NCBI RefSeq assembly: GCF_013315695.1
Contig: NZ_CP054353.1
Length of the DNA stretch: 64,000 nt
Source: Escherichia coli
GTDB taxonomy: Bacteria; Pseudomonadota; Gammaproteobacteria; Enterobacterales; Enterobacteriaceae
Strand: one strand, 5' to 3'
Shown here piece by piece: positions 42,571 through 53,183 of this stretch. Below the pieces are notes generated by a model, which had not been told where the DNA came from, ran no database searches, and saw nothing but the letters and a program-made list of their open reading frames with translations. A program made the position numbers and the translations under genes. Within the stretch, counting starts at the first letter, position 1; every line of letters begins with the position of its first letter.

Positions 42571-43905
42571 ATGCCGCGCTATCAGGATATCGCCCGTCAG
42601 TTAAAAACGGCTATTGAGCAAGGGGAACTGAAACCCGGCGCAAGGCTGCCTTCAAGTCGTACCTGGTCGCAGGAGCTGGGGGTGTCTCGTTCCACTGTCG
42701 AAAATGCGTATGCTGAGCTGGTGGCGCAAGGATGGCTGATCAGGCGGGGACAGGCTGGCACATTTGTCAGTGAGCGGATATATCCGCAACAATCTACTGT
42801 ACAAGTTGTAGCTTTTGCCGGTGAAAGTCAGCAACCGTTGCCATTTCAAATGGGATTACCCGCACTCGATCTCTTTCCGCGAGAGCTGTGGGCGCGGGTG
42901 ATGGGGCGTCGCCTTCGTACCCAGACGCGCTTTGATTTGGCGTTAGGCGATGTTTGCGGTGAGGTGGCGTTGCGCGAGGCAATAGTTGATTACTTACGCG
43001 TTTCACGTGGGATTGATTGTCAGCCAGAGCAGGTCTTTATCACTCACGGTTATGCGGCCTCAATAGCTTTAATTCTGCACGCGCTGGCGAAACCGGGAAA
43101 CGGGATGTGGATAGAAGATCCCGGCTTTCCACTGATTCGCCCGATTGTCACTCGCCATGATGTGGAAATTTTGCCTGTGCCGGTTGATGACAATGGACTG
43201 GATATCACAAGCGGAATACAAAATTATCCTGATGCGCGTTTTGCCCTGATAACACCAGCACACCAAAGTCCGTTGGGTGTGGCGCTCTCTTTAGCGCGCA
43301 GGCATCAGATACTGGAATGGGCAGATCGTAGTCAGGCATGGATTATTGAAGATGATTATGACAGTGAGTTTCGCTATCACGGTAAGCCGTTACCGGCGTT
43401 AAAAAGTCTCGACGCACCGCAGCGGGTAATTTATGCCGGAACATTCAGCAAAGCGCTATTTCCTGCATTGCGCTGTGCGTGGCTGGTGGTGCCGGTGAAG
43501 CAAATTGCACAATTCCGCCACCAGGCGTCACTGGCTCCATGTGCGGTACCTGTTCTATGGCAGAACACACTGGCAGACTTTCTTCGCGAGGGGCATTTCT
43601 GGCGGCATCTGAAGAAAATGCGTCAGCATTATGCTCAACGTCGGCAATGGATTGAGCAAGCGTTGACGCAGCAAGGATTTCAGGTTGTGCCGCAGAAAGG
43701 TGGTATCCAGATGGTGATCAGAATGATAGGCGATGATATTGCCCATGCGCGTAAAGCCAATGCTGCAGGCCTTGCGGTGCAGGCACTTAGCGACTGGCGT
43801 ATCCGTTCAAGTGGGGAAGGTGGATTACTGCTTTCGTTTACTAATATCGTTAACGAAGGTATGGCGCGACAGGTAGCACAACAATTACGTAAAGCCTTAA
43901 GCTAA
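42571..43905 (+). CDS. MocR/GabR-type regulator (GntR wHTH fused to a PLP-dependent aminotransferase-like domain)
   Basis: N-terminal GntR HTH (LPSSRTWSQELGVSRSTVENAYAELV) and aminotransferase-fold C-terminus with the likely PLP lysine in AGTFSKALFP; divergent from the AhpD-like gene. Confidence 0.8.
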   Translation: MPRYQDIARQLKTAIEQGELKPGARLPSSRTWSQELGVSRSTVENAYAELVAQGWLIRRGQAGTFVSERIYPQQSTVQVVAFAGESQQPLPFQMGLPALDLFPRELWARVMGRRLRTQTRFDLALGDVCGEVALREAIVDYLRVSRGIDCQPEQVFITHGYAASIALILHALAKPGNGMWIEDPGFPLIRPIVTRHDVEILPVPVDDNGLDITSGIQNYPDARFALITPAHQSPLGVALSLARRHQILEWADRSQAWIIEDDYDSEFRYHGKPLPALKSLDAPQRVIYAGTFSKALFPALRCAWLVVPVKQIAQFRHQASLAPCAVPVLWQNTLADFLREGHFWRHLKKMRQHYAQRRQWIEQALTQQGFQVVPQKGGIQMVIRMIGDDIAHARKANAAGLAVQALSDWRIRSSGEGGLLLSFTNIVNEGMARQVAQQLRKALS

Positions 43906-43935
43906 AAAACCCCGAAGCCAGGCTTCGGGGTCAAA
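43905..43935 (-). terminator. Rho-independent terminator of ygaM (hairpin also abuts the MocR-type gene stop)
   Basis: Hairpin ccccgaagcc-a-ggcttcgggg followed on the minus-strand RNA by a U-run. Confidence 0.65.
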
Positions 43936-43961
43936 GACGCGTATTTATTATCATTTTTGCA

Positions 43962-44291
43962 CTACGATTTGCGCATGCTTAACAGTGCGCCGATAAAAAT
44001 ACCTACCGCAGCTGCTGTACCCACGCTACACCAGGGTCTTTCACGAACAAAAGAATCCGCGCAGCCAACGGCATCGCGCGCGGCTTGCTGGACGCGAGTA
44101 CGACCATGCATTCGCGCTCTGGTTTCTTTCAGTAGAGCCTGCGCTTTACTACGAGCGGCTTCGGCTTCCCCTTTGGCGTCGCTGCCCCAGGACTTCAATA
44201 CAGATTCGAGGCTGTCAGCTAATTGATTGACATCATTCTGGATATCCTGCACGCCATCATCAACGTCGTTGCGGTTCGGTCGGTTAAACAT
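43962..44291 (-). CDS. ygaM: ElaB/YqjD-family (DUF883) tail-anchored membrane protein
   Basis: Translation from MFNRPNRNDV with C-terminal TM segment; start trimmed (109 aa). Confidence 0.88.
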   Translation of the reverse strand: MFNRPNRNDVDDGVQDIQNDVNQLADSLESVLKSWGSDAKGEAEAARSKAQALLKETRARMHGRTRVQQAARDAVGCADSFVRERPWCSVGTAAAVGIFIGALLSMRKS

Positions 44292-44442
44292 ATGATCCCC
44301 CATTAGAATTCGATGTAATTTTCAGTGTAGACCATAATTTTCTTAACTGAGGTTCATCGCGGCTTTATGGACTTTTCTGAAAGCGTTGTGAATGCGCAAT
44401 CAGGTAAGGTAGGCCCGCGGTTGATAATAACGAGGATCAAAT

Positions 44443-44787
44443 ATGTATTTACGACCAGACGAGGTGGCGCGCGTACTTGAAAAAGTCGGTTTTACTGTCG
44501 ATGTGGTAACCCAGAAAGCGTATGGTTACCGCCGTGGGGAAAATTATGTCTATGTTAATCGCGAAGCGCGAATGGGACGTACCGCCCTGGTGATTCATCC
44601 AACATTAAAAGAACGTAGTTCAACACTGGCTGAACCCGCTTCCGATATTAAAACTTGCGATCATTACCAGCAATTTCCGCTCTATTTAGCGGGTGAACGT
44701 CATGAGCATTACGGTATCCCACATGGCTTTAGTTCGCGTGTTGCGCTTGAACGTTATTTGAATGGCTTATTTGGCGAAGCCAGTTAA
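44443..44787 (+). CDS. ygaC: Uncharacterised protein YgaC
   Basis: 114-aa ORF divergent from ygaM; synteny. Confidence 0.85.
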
Positions 44788-44823
44788 AGACGCGACTGGC
44801 GATGCCAGTCGCGAAAAGAAGGG

Positions 44824-45273
44824 TCAGGCTTTTACCTGCTGGTAACGGCTGACTTTAAACAGTCGGCGGCAATAATCGAGGAAGTAACCATAAACCGCCC
44901 CCATCAACATCGAAACAACGATGTTTGAACTGACCGCCGCCATAATCTGATGCCAGTCTGCGCCCACCACTAACAAGATCGCCACATACACCGGTGACTG
45001 GAACGTCACATAAGCCATGATATCCGCCAGATTTTTTATCCAGCCCGACGGGCTAACTTTGCGTGCTGCGCGCATAAACAGATCGCGGTACATACCGTAT
45101 GGCCATGCAATTAAGATGTTCACCGGAATCGCTACCAATCTGGAATAAAAAGACTGTTCGAAGCTCATTCCGGAGAGGAAAACTTCAATACACATGTTCA
45201 CGACAGAACAGTAAACAACCATCGCGAACGTATCTGCAACTGCATGACGCAAGCGTGACTGCGGTGAGAACAT
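44824..45273 (-). CDS. alaE: L-alanine exporter AlaE
   Basis: 149-aa membrane ORF; synteny. Confidence 0.88.
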   Translation of the reverse strand: MFSPQSRLRHAVADTFAMVVYCSVVNMCIEVFLSGMSFEQSFYSRLVAIPVNILIAWPYGMYRDLFMRAARKVSPSGWIKNLADIMAYVTFQSPVYVAILLVVGADWHQIMAAVSSNIVVSMLMGAVYGYFLDYCRRLFKVSRYQQVKA

Positions 45274-45939
45274 GCTAATGCTCCTTAATAAAAGCGTAAT
45301 GGGATGTTAATGGAGGTGAAAGCAGTGGATCTCATTGCCATCTGCATTTTCGCATAGCGTATATCGCTGGCTATGACTAATCAATTAGTGAAAAATTTTT
45401 ATTTAATCTGTTTTTGTAGATAAAATATTCCGTAACGGCGCGTTTTTTGTACATTGTGGATTTTTACATGCCGATATGATTTATTTTTAATTAAATCAAT
45501 TGGATATGTGTTTACCTTTATTTTCACTCATGAAGGTTTGGGGGGAGGTAACGCTATAAGCGTAGAGAATTCGGTGTATGTCGTGACCGGGTCATTTTCA
45601 GCATTTTTTATGCCAGATAACGTACATTGACAGCAGAAAGCACCAGTGAGTGATGTTTTCTTTTATTCTGTTGAGTTGCATTTTTATTCACTTTGGTTTT
45701 GTCAGGCTTGCGGAATTAGCGAGCAGAGAGCGCCGCTCTGTTCACCAATAACCGAAATTACTCATCAAAATGGCTAATATATAATCTTGAAATTATTCTG
45801 AGAGTTTCAGAAAATAACAGCTGAAATAATCTCGTGCAGGACTGTAAATAGATTAAATTTTGTGGAAATATAATAAGTGATCGCTTACACTACGCGACGA
45901 AATACTTTTTTGTTTTGGCGTTAAAAGGTTTTCTTTATT

Positions 45940-46344
45940 ATGTCCGTAATGTTACAAAGTTTAAATAACATTCGCACTCTCCGTGCGATGGCTCGCGAAT
46001 TCTCCATTGACGTTCTTGAAGAAATGCTCGAAAAATTCAGGGTTGTCACTAAAGAAAGACGTGAAGAAGAAGAACAGCAGCAGCGTGAGCTGGCAGAGCG
46101 CCAGGAAAAAATTAGCACCTGGCTGGAGCTGATGAAAGCTGACGGAATTAACCCGGAAGAGTTATTGGGTAATAACTCTGCGGCTGCCCCACGCGCTGGT
46201 AAAAAACGCCAGCCGCGTCCGGCGAAATATAAATTCACCGATGTTAACGGTGAAACTAAAACCTGGACCGGTCAGGGCCGTACACCGAAGCCAATCGCTC
46301 AGGCGCTGGCAGAAGGTAAATCTCTCGACGATTTCCTGATCTAA
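45940..46344 (+). CDS. stpA: H-NS paralog StpA (nucleoid protein, RNA chaperone)
   Basis: 134-aa translation [36 protein letters not shown]... recognised as StpA. Confidence 0.97.
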   Translation: MSVMLQSLNNIRTLRAMAREFSIDVLEEMLEKFRVVTKERREEEEQQQRELAERQEKISTWLELMKADGINPEELLGNNSAAAPRAGKKRQPRPAKYKFTDVNGETKTWTGQGRTPKPIAQALAEGKSLDDFLI

Positions 46345-46390
46345 TTACTGAGGCCGGATGCCGCCGCTATGGCGCGTCCGGCGTCTCTTC

Positions 46391-46915
46391 TCAAGCTCGT
46401 TGGTTCCACGGCATCTTATCTAACAACCTTGCCATCCCACAAAAACCGCTAATTCCTGCAAACAGTAACCCGGCACCAACAAAGCCGCTTAATAAGAAGA
46501 AACCGCTATTTACGGTATAACCCAGTATAACGCCGATTAATATTAAACCACCCGCAGCGATCTGCACCTGGCGCATTAACGGCAAGGGTTGAGATTTATT
46601 TACCGCTACTGGTAATCCTGCTTTTTTCCAGCCATCAATCCCATCTTCGAGTAAAAAGATTTCTGCGGGGGCGGCAATCGCTGCTAATTTATCGGCGTTA
46701 TTACTGGTGCGTTTACCTGCCTGGCAGTGGAATATAATTTGCTCGCGACGTGATTTAGGCGGAAGACCTGACTGTTCCAGTACGGATAATGGAGCCAGAT
46801 CTGCTTCAGGAATATGTTCACGAAGATATTCATCAGCGTCACGAATATCGATTAACTTTGCGCCGCGTGCGATTAATTCTTGTGCATCATGCGGCGAAAT
46901 GGTTGTCAAAGCCAT
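46391..46915 (-). CDS. ygaP: Rhodanese-domain inner membrane sulfurtransferase
   Basis: N-terminal rhodanese domain with active-site Cys (FHCQAGKR) plus two C-terminal TM helices. Confidence 0.88.
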   Translation of the reverse strand: MALTTISPHDAQELIARGAKLIDIRDADEYLREHIPEADLAPLSVLEQSGLPPKSRREQIIFHCQAGKRTSNNADKLAAIAAPAEIFLLEDGIDGWKKAGLPVAVNKSQPLPLMRQVQIAAGGLILIGVILGYTVNSGFFLLSGFVGAGLLFAGISGFCGMARLLDKMPWNQRA

Positions 46916-46924
46916 AGTGACTCC

Positions 46925-47224
46925 TTACGGACAATAGACATTTTTCAGGGTGGCGATAATGGCATTTACCGCCTCATTTTTAATGGAATATAGAATGCGT
47001 TGGGCATCCCGTTGGCTGTCGATAAGCCCTTCGTCCCGCATACGAGCGAGATGCTGTGATGTCGCAGAGGCACTCAGTCCGGTAATGCGAGTCAGCTCTC
47101 CCGCGCTGGTGCCGGGGGAACCGCTAAGCATGCACAGAATCAGCAACCGTTTAGGGTGGCTCATTGCTTTCAATAAGGCCGCTGCCTGTTCGGCACTGGC
47201 CTGTAATTGCGCGAGTTCAGTCAT
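46925..47224 (-). CDS. ygaV: ArsR/SmtB-family transcriptional repressor
   Basis: 99-aa wHTH ORF co-oriented with ygaP. Confidence 0.88.
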   Translation of the reverse strand: MTELAQLQASAEQAAALLKAMSHPKRLLILCMLSGSPGTSAGELTRITGLSASATSQHLARMRDEGLIDSQRDAQRILYSIKNEAVNAIIATLKNVYCP

Positions 47225-47406
47225 AGTTATTTAAGTATTTTCTAAATTAAGTAAACTCTAAACTAAAAATGCAACATATACCAGCCTCAGCAGCGTAAAT
47301 GAGAGTAAAAGCGTAAGCTGAAACTGGCAGGCTCCGCTAAAATTACTACGCTTAAGAGATAAAATCTCTTTTTAAACAATGAGTAATTTTCTTATAGGGA
47401 GTACAT

Positions 47407-47565
47407 ATGGGTTTCTGGAGAATCGTCATCACCATCATTCTGCCGCCGCTCGGCGTGCTGCTCGGTAAAGGGTTCGGTTGGGCGTTCATTATTAATATTC
47501 TGCTGACACTGCTTGGGTATATCCCCGGTTTGATTCACGCGTTTTGGGTGCAAACCCGCGATTAA
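47407..47565 (+). CDS. yqaE: PMP3/UPF0057-family small membrane protein (52 aa)
   Basis: ATG at 47407 with upstream GGGAG; translation MGFWRIVITIILPPLGVLLGKGFGWAFIINILLTLLGYIPGLIHAFWVQTRD; absent from the ORF track (below its length cut-off). Confidence 0.85.
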   Translation: MGFWRIVITIILPPLGVLLGKGFGWAFIINILLTLLGYIPGLIHAFWVQTRD

Positions 47566-47648
47566 ATCTGTGTTCACCCCCGCGGCGTTAACGCGCCGCG
47601 TTCCTCTGCTACACTTTCTGAGTGTTTCCGTTAACGAATGAGGTAGCT

Positions 47649-48098
47649 ATGGGTCTGTTCAATTTTGTGAAAGATGCCGGAGAAAAACTCTGGGACGCGG
47701 TTACAGGTCAGCACGATAAAGACGATCAGGCGAAGAAGGTGCAGGAGCATCTGAACAAAACCGGTATACCTGATGCCGATAAAGTGAATATTCAAATTGC
47801 CGACGGCAAAGCGACGGTCACGGGTGACGGCCTGAGTCAGGAGGCGAAGGAGAAAATCCTTGTTGCGGTGGGGAATATTTCCGGTATTGCCAGTGTCGAT
47901 GATCAGGTGAAAACGACGACACCAGCCACTGCCAGCCAGTTTTATACCGTTAAGTCTGGCGACACTCTGAGTGCCATTTCCAAACAGGTCTACGGTAACG
48001 CCAATCTGTACAATAAAATCTTCGAAGCGAATAAACCGATGTTAAAAAGCCCGGATAAAATTTACCCGGGGCAAGTGTTGCGTATTCCTGAAGAGTAG
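47649..48098 (+). CDS. kbp: Potassium-binding protein Kbp (BON + LysM domains)
   Basis: 149-aa ORF from [16 protein letters not shown]-terminal LysM ([18 protein letters not shown]). Confidence 0.9.
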   Translation: MGLFNFVKDAGEKLWDAVTGQHDKDDQAKKVQEHLNKTGIPDADKVNIQIADGKATVTGDGLSQEAKEKILVAVGNISGIASVDDQVKTTTPATASQFYTVKSGDTLSAISKQVYGNANLYNKIFEANKPMLKSPDKIYPGQVLRIPEE

Positions 48099-48761
48099 TT
48101 AATTGCCAGCCATCGCCTGCTGGATAATGGGAATTGGCGTCAGTAAATGCTGGCGCATTAACTCACTGGCGCGCGCGGTATCTCGCGCCAGTACCGCCGC
48201 AGTCAGGGTCTGGTGCTGATCGTGTTTATCTTCCAGCATTTCCACCGAAAGCACTGTTCGCCGCAGCCAGATAAATCGATAACGCGCTGCCAGATCAAAC
48301 AACCGTTCACGCATTTGCAGCAAATAGTAAGAACCACAGCCCGCCACAATTGCAGTATGAAACGCCTGATGACGCAGATCCCACTCATCAAGCATTTTCT
48401 CACTGGCGTCACAGGCCTCAAGCTTACTGAGCAGATGCGCCTTCGCAAGAACGTCTGCCTCCCATTCATCGCCACCGCGGGCAATCGCCAGATTCACCAA
48501 CATCGCTTCCATATTGGCGCGGGCGTCGAAAATATCGAGCAGCTCTTGCTCTGACATAGACGCCACCCGATACCCTTTTTGATTCACCACCGTGACCAGT
48601 CGTTCTGCCACCAGTTGCGAAAGCGCTTCCCGCAACGGCCCAACGCCAAGTGCATAACGCGATGTCAGCAAACTCATCCGTAATTTTTCATCCGGCTGAA
48701 AATTGCCGCGAATAATATCGTTCTTCAGCCAGCGATAGCCATCCAGAGACGTAATGGTCAT
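48099..48761 (-). CDS. csiR: GntR/FadR-family repressor of the csiD-gab operon
   Basis: Start trimmed to MTITSLDGYRWLKNDII (220 aa). Confidence 0.9.
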   Translation of the reverse strand: MTITSLDGYRWLKNDIIRGNFQPDEKLRMSLLTSRYALGVGPLREALSQLVAERLVTVVNQKGYRVASMSEQELLDIFDARANMEAMLVNLAIARGGDEWEADVLAKAHLLSKLEACDASEKMLDEWDLRHQAFHTAIVAGCGSYYLLQMRERLFDLAARYRFIWLRRTVLSVEMLEDKHDQHQTLTAAVLARDTARASELMRQHLLTPIPIIQQAMAGN

Positions 48762-48781
48762 GGTGTGACTCCTGATCATTA

Positions 48782-50182
48782 TCAGCGCGTATTATGAACG
48801 GGTGTTTTTTGCCACAATACCAGCTTTTTCCAGCGAGCCATAATTGGCACGGTACAGATAATCCCTATCGCTAATAAGCCGGTGGAGATCACTTCTAACT
48901 GTTGCGCCGGGCGGAATAGCATCACTACCAACACAAAGGTAATAAAGCCGATGACCAGCCAGGTGAGCCACGGATAAAGCCACATCCGCAGGCGAATTTC
49001 GCTTCCTTCTGCTCGCAGAATTTTGCGCATCCGCAATTGTGAAACGGCGATGACTAAATAAACCAGCAGGGCGATAGCACCGGAGCTGTCGATCAGAAAT
49101 TTAAACACTTTCGCAGGCGCGTAATAATTCACCACCACCGTTAAAAATGCCGCGCCGGTGGAGAGTAATACCGCCACATACGGGGTTTTACTGCGGTTGA
49201 TTTTACCCATTACCGCGGGCGCATCACCGCGACGGCTTAAGGAGTAGAGCATTCTGGAAGCGGTATACAGCGCCGAGTTCAGGCAACTGGTTACGGAAAG
49301 TAATATCACGCAGTCCATGATTAATTTCGCATGGGGAATATTGAGCAACTCCAGAACCGAGCGATAAGATCCAACGGCTTTCAGCCCCGGCATATTCCAC
49401 GGTATTAATGCCACGACGACAAAAATAGAGCACAAATAGAAGATAGAAATACGCCAGATAACCGAGTTGGTGGCGCGGACAATATGTTTTTCCGGCGTGT
49501 CAGATTCCGCGGCGGCAATAGTGACAATTTCTGCGCCCATAAACGAGAACATGGTGATCAACATCGCGCTTAATACCGCACCGAAGCCGTTGGGCATAAA
49601 GCCGCCGCTATCCCACAATCTTGAGATCCCGCTCACTTCGGCATAAGGGTAAAAACCGCTAATTGCGACTGCACCAAGGAAAATAAAGGCCAGGATAGCG
49701 ATGACTTTACACAGCGCCAGCCAGAACTCAAATTCGCCGTAGTTTTTAACGCTTAATAAATTACTGCCGGTTAAGGCGAGGGTAATGACCAGGGAAAATA
49801 ACCAGATGGGAATGCCTGGAACCCACGAGTGCAGGATCATGGCGGCGATGTTGGCTTCAAGTGGGATAACCAGTACCCAAAACCACCAGTACAACCAGCC
49901 GATGGTATAGCCCGCCCAGCGGCCAATGGCTTTATCGGCATAGGTGGAAAAGGAGCCGGTGTCGGGCGTGGCAACCGCCATTTCTGCCAGCATTCGCATA
50001 ATCATAACCACCAGCAATCCGGCGAACAGATAGGCCAGTAACACCGCCGGACCCGCTTCGGCGATGGCGACGCTGGAACCGACAAACAGACTTGCGCCGA
50101 TAACACCGGCAATAGACAACATAGTGACGTGGCGTGACTTCAGCCCGCCGCCTAACTCATGTGGTTGCGATGATTGCCCCAT
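48782..50182 (-). CDS. gabP: Gamma-aminobutyrate permease (APC family)
   Basis: Polytopic membrane ORF; start trimmed to MGQSSQPHEL (466 aa). Confidence 0.93.
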   Translation of the reverse strand: MGQSSQPHELGGGLKSRHVTMLSIAGVIGASLFVGSSVAIAEAGPAVLLAYLFAGLLVVMIMRMLAEMAVATPDTGSFSTYADKAIGRWAGYTIGWLYWWFWVLVIPLEANIAAMILHSWVPGIPIWLFSLVITLALTGSNLLSVKNYGEFEFWLALCKVIAILAFIFLGAVAISGFYPYAEVSGISRLWDSGGFMPNGFGAVLSAMLITMFSFMGAEIVTIAAAESDTPEKHIVRATNSVIWRISIFYLCSIFVVVALIPWNMPGLKAVGSYRSVLELLNIPHAKLIMDCVILLSVTSCLNSALYTASRMLYSLSRRGDAPAVMGKINRSKTPYVAVLLSTGAAFLTVVVNYYAPAKVFKFLIDSSGAIALLVYLVIAVSQLRMRKILRAEGSEIRLRMWLYPWLTWLVIGFITFVLVVMLFRPAQQLEVISTGLLAIGIICTVPIMARWKKLVLWQKTPVHNTR

Positions 50183-50245
50183 CCTGAATCCTCTCGAAAG
50201 TGTGTCACTTGGGAGAGCGCCCCGACATTTCCCGCGTCGGGTCAC

Positions 50246-50418
50246 GCGTTTAATTGTTATTAATTCTTTTTGCCGGAGAGCGGCTCCGCCTTATCCGGCC
50301 GACATAGATTTATTCCTGTTCACGTACAGATTGTCGGATGCGGCGTAAATGCCTTATCCGACCTGGATTCTCGTAGGCCGGACAAGCCGCAAAGCGTCGC
50401 CTCCGGCATGGTGCGGTG
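50246..50418. repeat. BIME/REP cluster between gabT and gabP
   Basis: Several REP-like units (gccttatccggcc, gtcggatgcggcgtaaatgccttatccgacc, gtaggccggacaagccgcaaagcgtcgcctccggca). Confidence 0.65.
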
Positions 50419-51699
50419 CTACAGCTTCGCCTCAGCAAAACACTGGCTGATGATCTCCAGACCCTGACGGATCTGAGCGTCTTCAATGGTGAGCGGTACA
50501 AGGATGCGCAGCACGTTGTAATACGGGCCGCAGGAGAGAAGAATCAGACCCTTATCGCGGGCGCGTGCCACGATCTCGGCGGTGAGTTTTGCGTCCGGTT
50601 TGCTGGGATCGCCATCTTCAAACAGCTCGATGGCGATCATCGCCCCCAGCCCGCGTACGTCGCCGATCTCCGGGTGTTTTTCGGCGATCGCCAGCAATCC
50701 GTCTTTCAGCTTCTGCCCCAGAACGTTGGCTTTTTGCAGCAGATTTTCCTGCTCGAACACCTTCAACACTTCCAGCGCCGCTACGCAGGCAATCGGGTTA
50801 CCGGCATAGGTGCCACCCAGTCCGCCCGGTGCGACGGCGTCCATCACTTCCGCGCGCCCGGTGACGCCTGCCAGCGGGAAACCGCCTGCGATCGATTTCG
50901 CAAAGGTGGTAAGATCCGGCGCAACGCCCATCTGCTCCATCGCAAACAGCGTGCCGGTACGCCCCGCGCCGCTCTGCACTTCATCGGCAATCAGCATGAT
51001 CCCGTGCTCGTCACACAGAGCGCGTAAACGCTGCATAAAGGCTGGCGTCGCGGCGTAGAAACCGCCTTCGCCCTGAACGGGCTCAATCACGATGGCTGCG
51101 ATATCTTCCGGCGCGGCGTCATTTTTAAAGATCCGGTGGATGCTGGCGATAGCGTCATCTTCACTGATGCCGTGCAGCGGGCAAGGATAAAGCGCGCGAT
51201 AAACATGGCCTGGCATCAGCCCCATACCCGCAGAGTACGGATTTACCTTGCCGGTCAGCGCCAGCGTGTAGTGCGTACGCCCGTGATATGCACCGCTAAA
51301 GGCGATAGTGCCGCTGCGTTTGGTGGCGGCGCGGGCGATTTTCACCGCGTTCTCCACCGCTTCAGAACCGGTCGTTACCAGCAGCGTTTTTTTGGCGAAA
51401 TCGCCCGGCACCTTCTGATTCATAATCTCGCACAGCTCCAGATACGGCTCGTAAGCCAGCACCTGGAAGCAGGTGTGCGACAGTTTTTTCAACTGCGCTT
51501 CCACCGCGGCCACCACCTTCGGATGCAGGTGCCCGGTATTGAGCACCGCAATCCCGCCCGCGAAATCAAGATACTCACGGCCTTCAACGTCCCACACCCG
51601 GCAGTTTTCCGCGCGGTCAGCGAAAATCGGGTGAATTTGCCCAACGCCACGGGGAATCGCCTGACTGCGGCGCTGCATTAACTCTTTATTGCTGCTCAT
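50419..51699 (-). CDS. gabT: 4-aminobutyrate aminotransferase (PLP-dependent)
   Basis: 426-aa class III aminotransferase ORF. Confidence 0.95.
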   Translation of the reverse strand: MSSNKELMQRRSQAIPRGVGQIHPIFADRAENCRVWDVEGREYLDFAGGIAVLNTGHLHPKVVAAVEAQLKKLSHTCFQVLAYEPYLELCEIMNQKVPGDFAKKTLLVTTGSEAVENAVKIARAATKRSGTIAFSGAYHGRTHYTLALTGKVNPYSAGMGLMPGHVYRALYPCPLHGISEDDAIASIHRIFKNDAAPEDIAAIVIEPVQGEGGFYAATPAFMQRLRALCDEHGIMLIADEVQSGAGRTGTLFAMEQMGVAPDLTTFAKSIAGGFPLAGVTGRAEVMDAVAPGGLGGTYAGNPIACVAALEVLKVFEQENLLQKANVLGQKLKDGLLAIAEKHPEIGDVRGLGAMIAIELFEDGDPSKPDAKLTAEIVARARDKGLILLSCGPYYNVLRILVPLTIEDAQIRQGLEIISQCFAEAKL

Positions 51700-51712
51700 T
51701 CGCGTTCTCCAG

Positions 51713-53161
51713 TTAAAGACCGATGCACATATATTTGATTTCTAAGTAATCTTCGATGCCATACTTCGAACCTTCACGACCCAGACCCGAGGCTTTAATG
51801 CCGCCGAACGGGGCCACTTCATTGGAAATAATGCCGGTATTGATGCCGACGATGCCGTACTCCAGCGCTTCGCCCACGCGGAAGACGCGGCTTAAATCAC
51901 GGGCGTAGAAATAGGCGGCAAGGCCAAACTCGGTGTCATTGGCTTGCGCAATCACATCGGCTTCATCTTTAAAACGGAACAGTGGGGCGAGGGGGCCGAA
52001 CGTCTCTTCTTTCGACACTTTGGCGTTGGCTGGAACGTCCACCAGAATGGTCGGCTGGAAGAAGTTGCCGCCGCGTTCATCCGCTTTACCGCCGCAAACC
52101 ACACGCGCACCTTTCTCCAGCGCATCGGCAATATGCTCTTCCACTTTTGCTACCGCTTTTTCATCGATCAGCGGCCCGATGGTGACGCCTTTCTCCAGCC
52201 CGTTGCCGATGTGCAGTTTGCTCACCGCCTGCTGCAATTTTTCGGCAAAGCGGTCATACACGCCGTTCTGCACATACAGGCGGTTGGCGCAGACGCAGGT
52301 TTGCCCGGCGTTACGGAATTTCGAGGCCAGCGCGCCTTCCACGGCTTTATCGAGATCGGCATCGTCAAAGACAATAAACGGTGCGTTGCCGCCCAGCTCC
52401 AGCGACACTTTTTTGATGTCTTTCGCGCACTGTTCCATTAACTGACGGCCAATTTCGGTCGAGCCGGTAAACGACAGCTTGCGCACCAGCGGGTTGCTGG
52501 TCAGTTCGTTACCGACCGCGCCCGCCGAACCGGTGACCACGTTAAACACGCCAGCCGGAACGCCCGCGCGAATCGCCAGTTCTGCCAGCGCCAGCGCAGA
52601 GAACGGCGTCTGACTGGCGGGCTTCAGCACCATCGTGCAGCCTGCCGCCAGCGCCGGACCTGCTTTACGGGTAATCATCGCCGCCGGGAAGTTCCACGGC
52701 GTGATAGCCGCGGTGACGCCAATCGGCTGCTTGATAACAATCAGGCGTTTATCGGCCTGATGACCGGGAATGGTGTCGCCATAAATACGTTTGCCTTCTT
52801 CAGCAAACCACTCAATAAATGAGGCGGCGTAGCTGATTTCGCCTTTCGCTTCGGCCAGTGGTTTGCCCTGTTCGAGGGTCATCAGGCGCGCTAAATCGTC
52901 CTGATGCTCCATCATCAAATTGAACCAGTTGCGCAGAATGTTGGCGCGTTCTTTGGCGGTGAGCGCACGCCAGGCGGGCAGAGCGCGGTTGGCGGCGTCG
53001 ATAGCGGCGCGGGTTTCATCAGCGCCCATTTTGGGTACGCTACCCAGCTTGTCGCCGTTCGCCGGATTGGTGACGTCGATGACCTCGCCATTGTTGGCGT
53101 CCAGCCATTCCCCGTTAATCAACGCCTGCTGGCGGAATAAGTTACTGTCGTTAAGTTTCAT
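51713..53161 (-). CDS. gabD: Succinate-semialdehyde dehydrogenase (NADP+)
   Basis: 482-aa aldehyde dehydrogenase with catalytic Cys in the GQTCVCANR region. Confidence 0.95.
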   Translation of the reverse strand: MKLNDSNLFRQQALINGEWLDANNGEVIDVTNPANGDKLGSVPKMGADETRAAIDAANRALPAWRALTAKERANILRNWFNLMMEHQDDLARLMTLEQGKPLAEAKGEISYAASFIEWFAEEGKRIYGDTIPGHQADKRLIVIKQPIGVTAAITPWNFPAAMITRKAGPALAAGCTMVLKPASQTPFSALALAELAIRAGVPAGVFNVVTGSAGAVGNELTSNPLVRKLSFTGSTEIGRQLMEQCAKDIKKVSLELGGNAPFIVFDDADLDKAVEGALASKFRNAGQTCVCANRLYVQNGVYDRFAEKLQQAVSKLHIGNGLEKGVTIGPLIDEKAVAKVEEHIADALEKGARVVCGGKADERGGNFFQPTILVDVPANAKVSKEETFGPLAPLFRFKDEADVIAQANDTEFGLAAYFYARDLSRVFRVGEALEYGIVGINTGIISNEVAPFGGIKASGLGREGSKYGIEDYLEIKYMCIGL

Positions 53162-53183
53162 TGTTACGTCCTGTTTTCAAAGG

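Noticed and set aside
47392-47577. 61-aa minus-strand ORF
   Set aside because: It overlaps the well-supported + strand yqaE small membrane protein gene; the + strand frame has the RBS and a coherent hydrophobic product.
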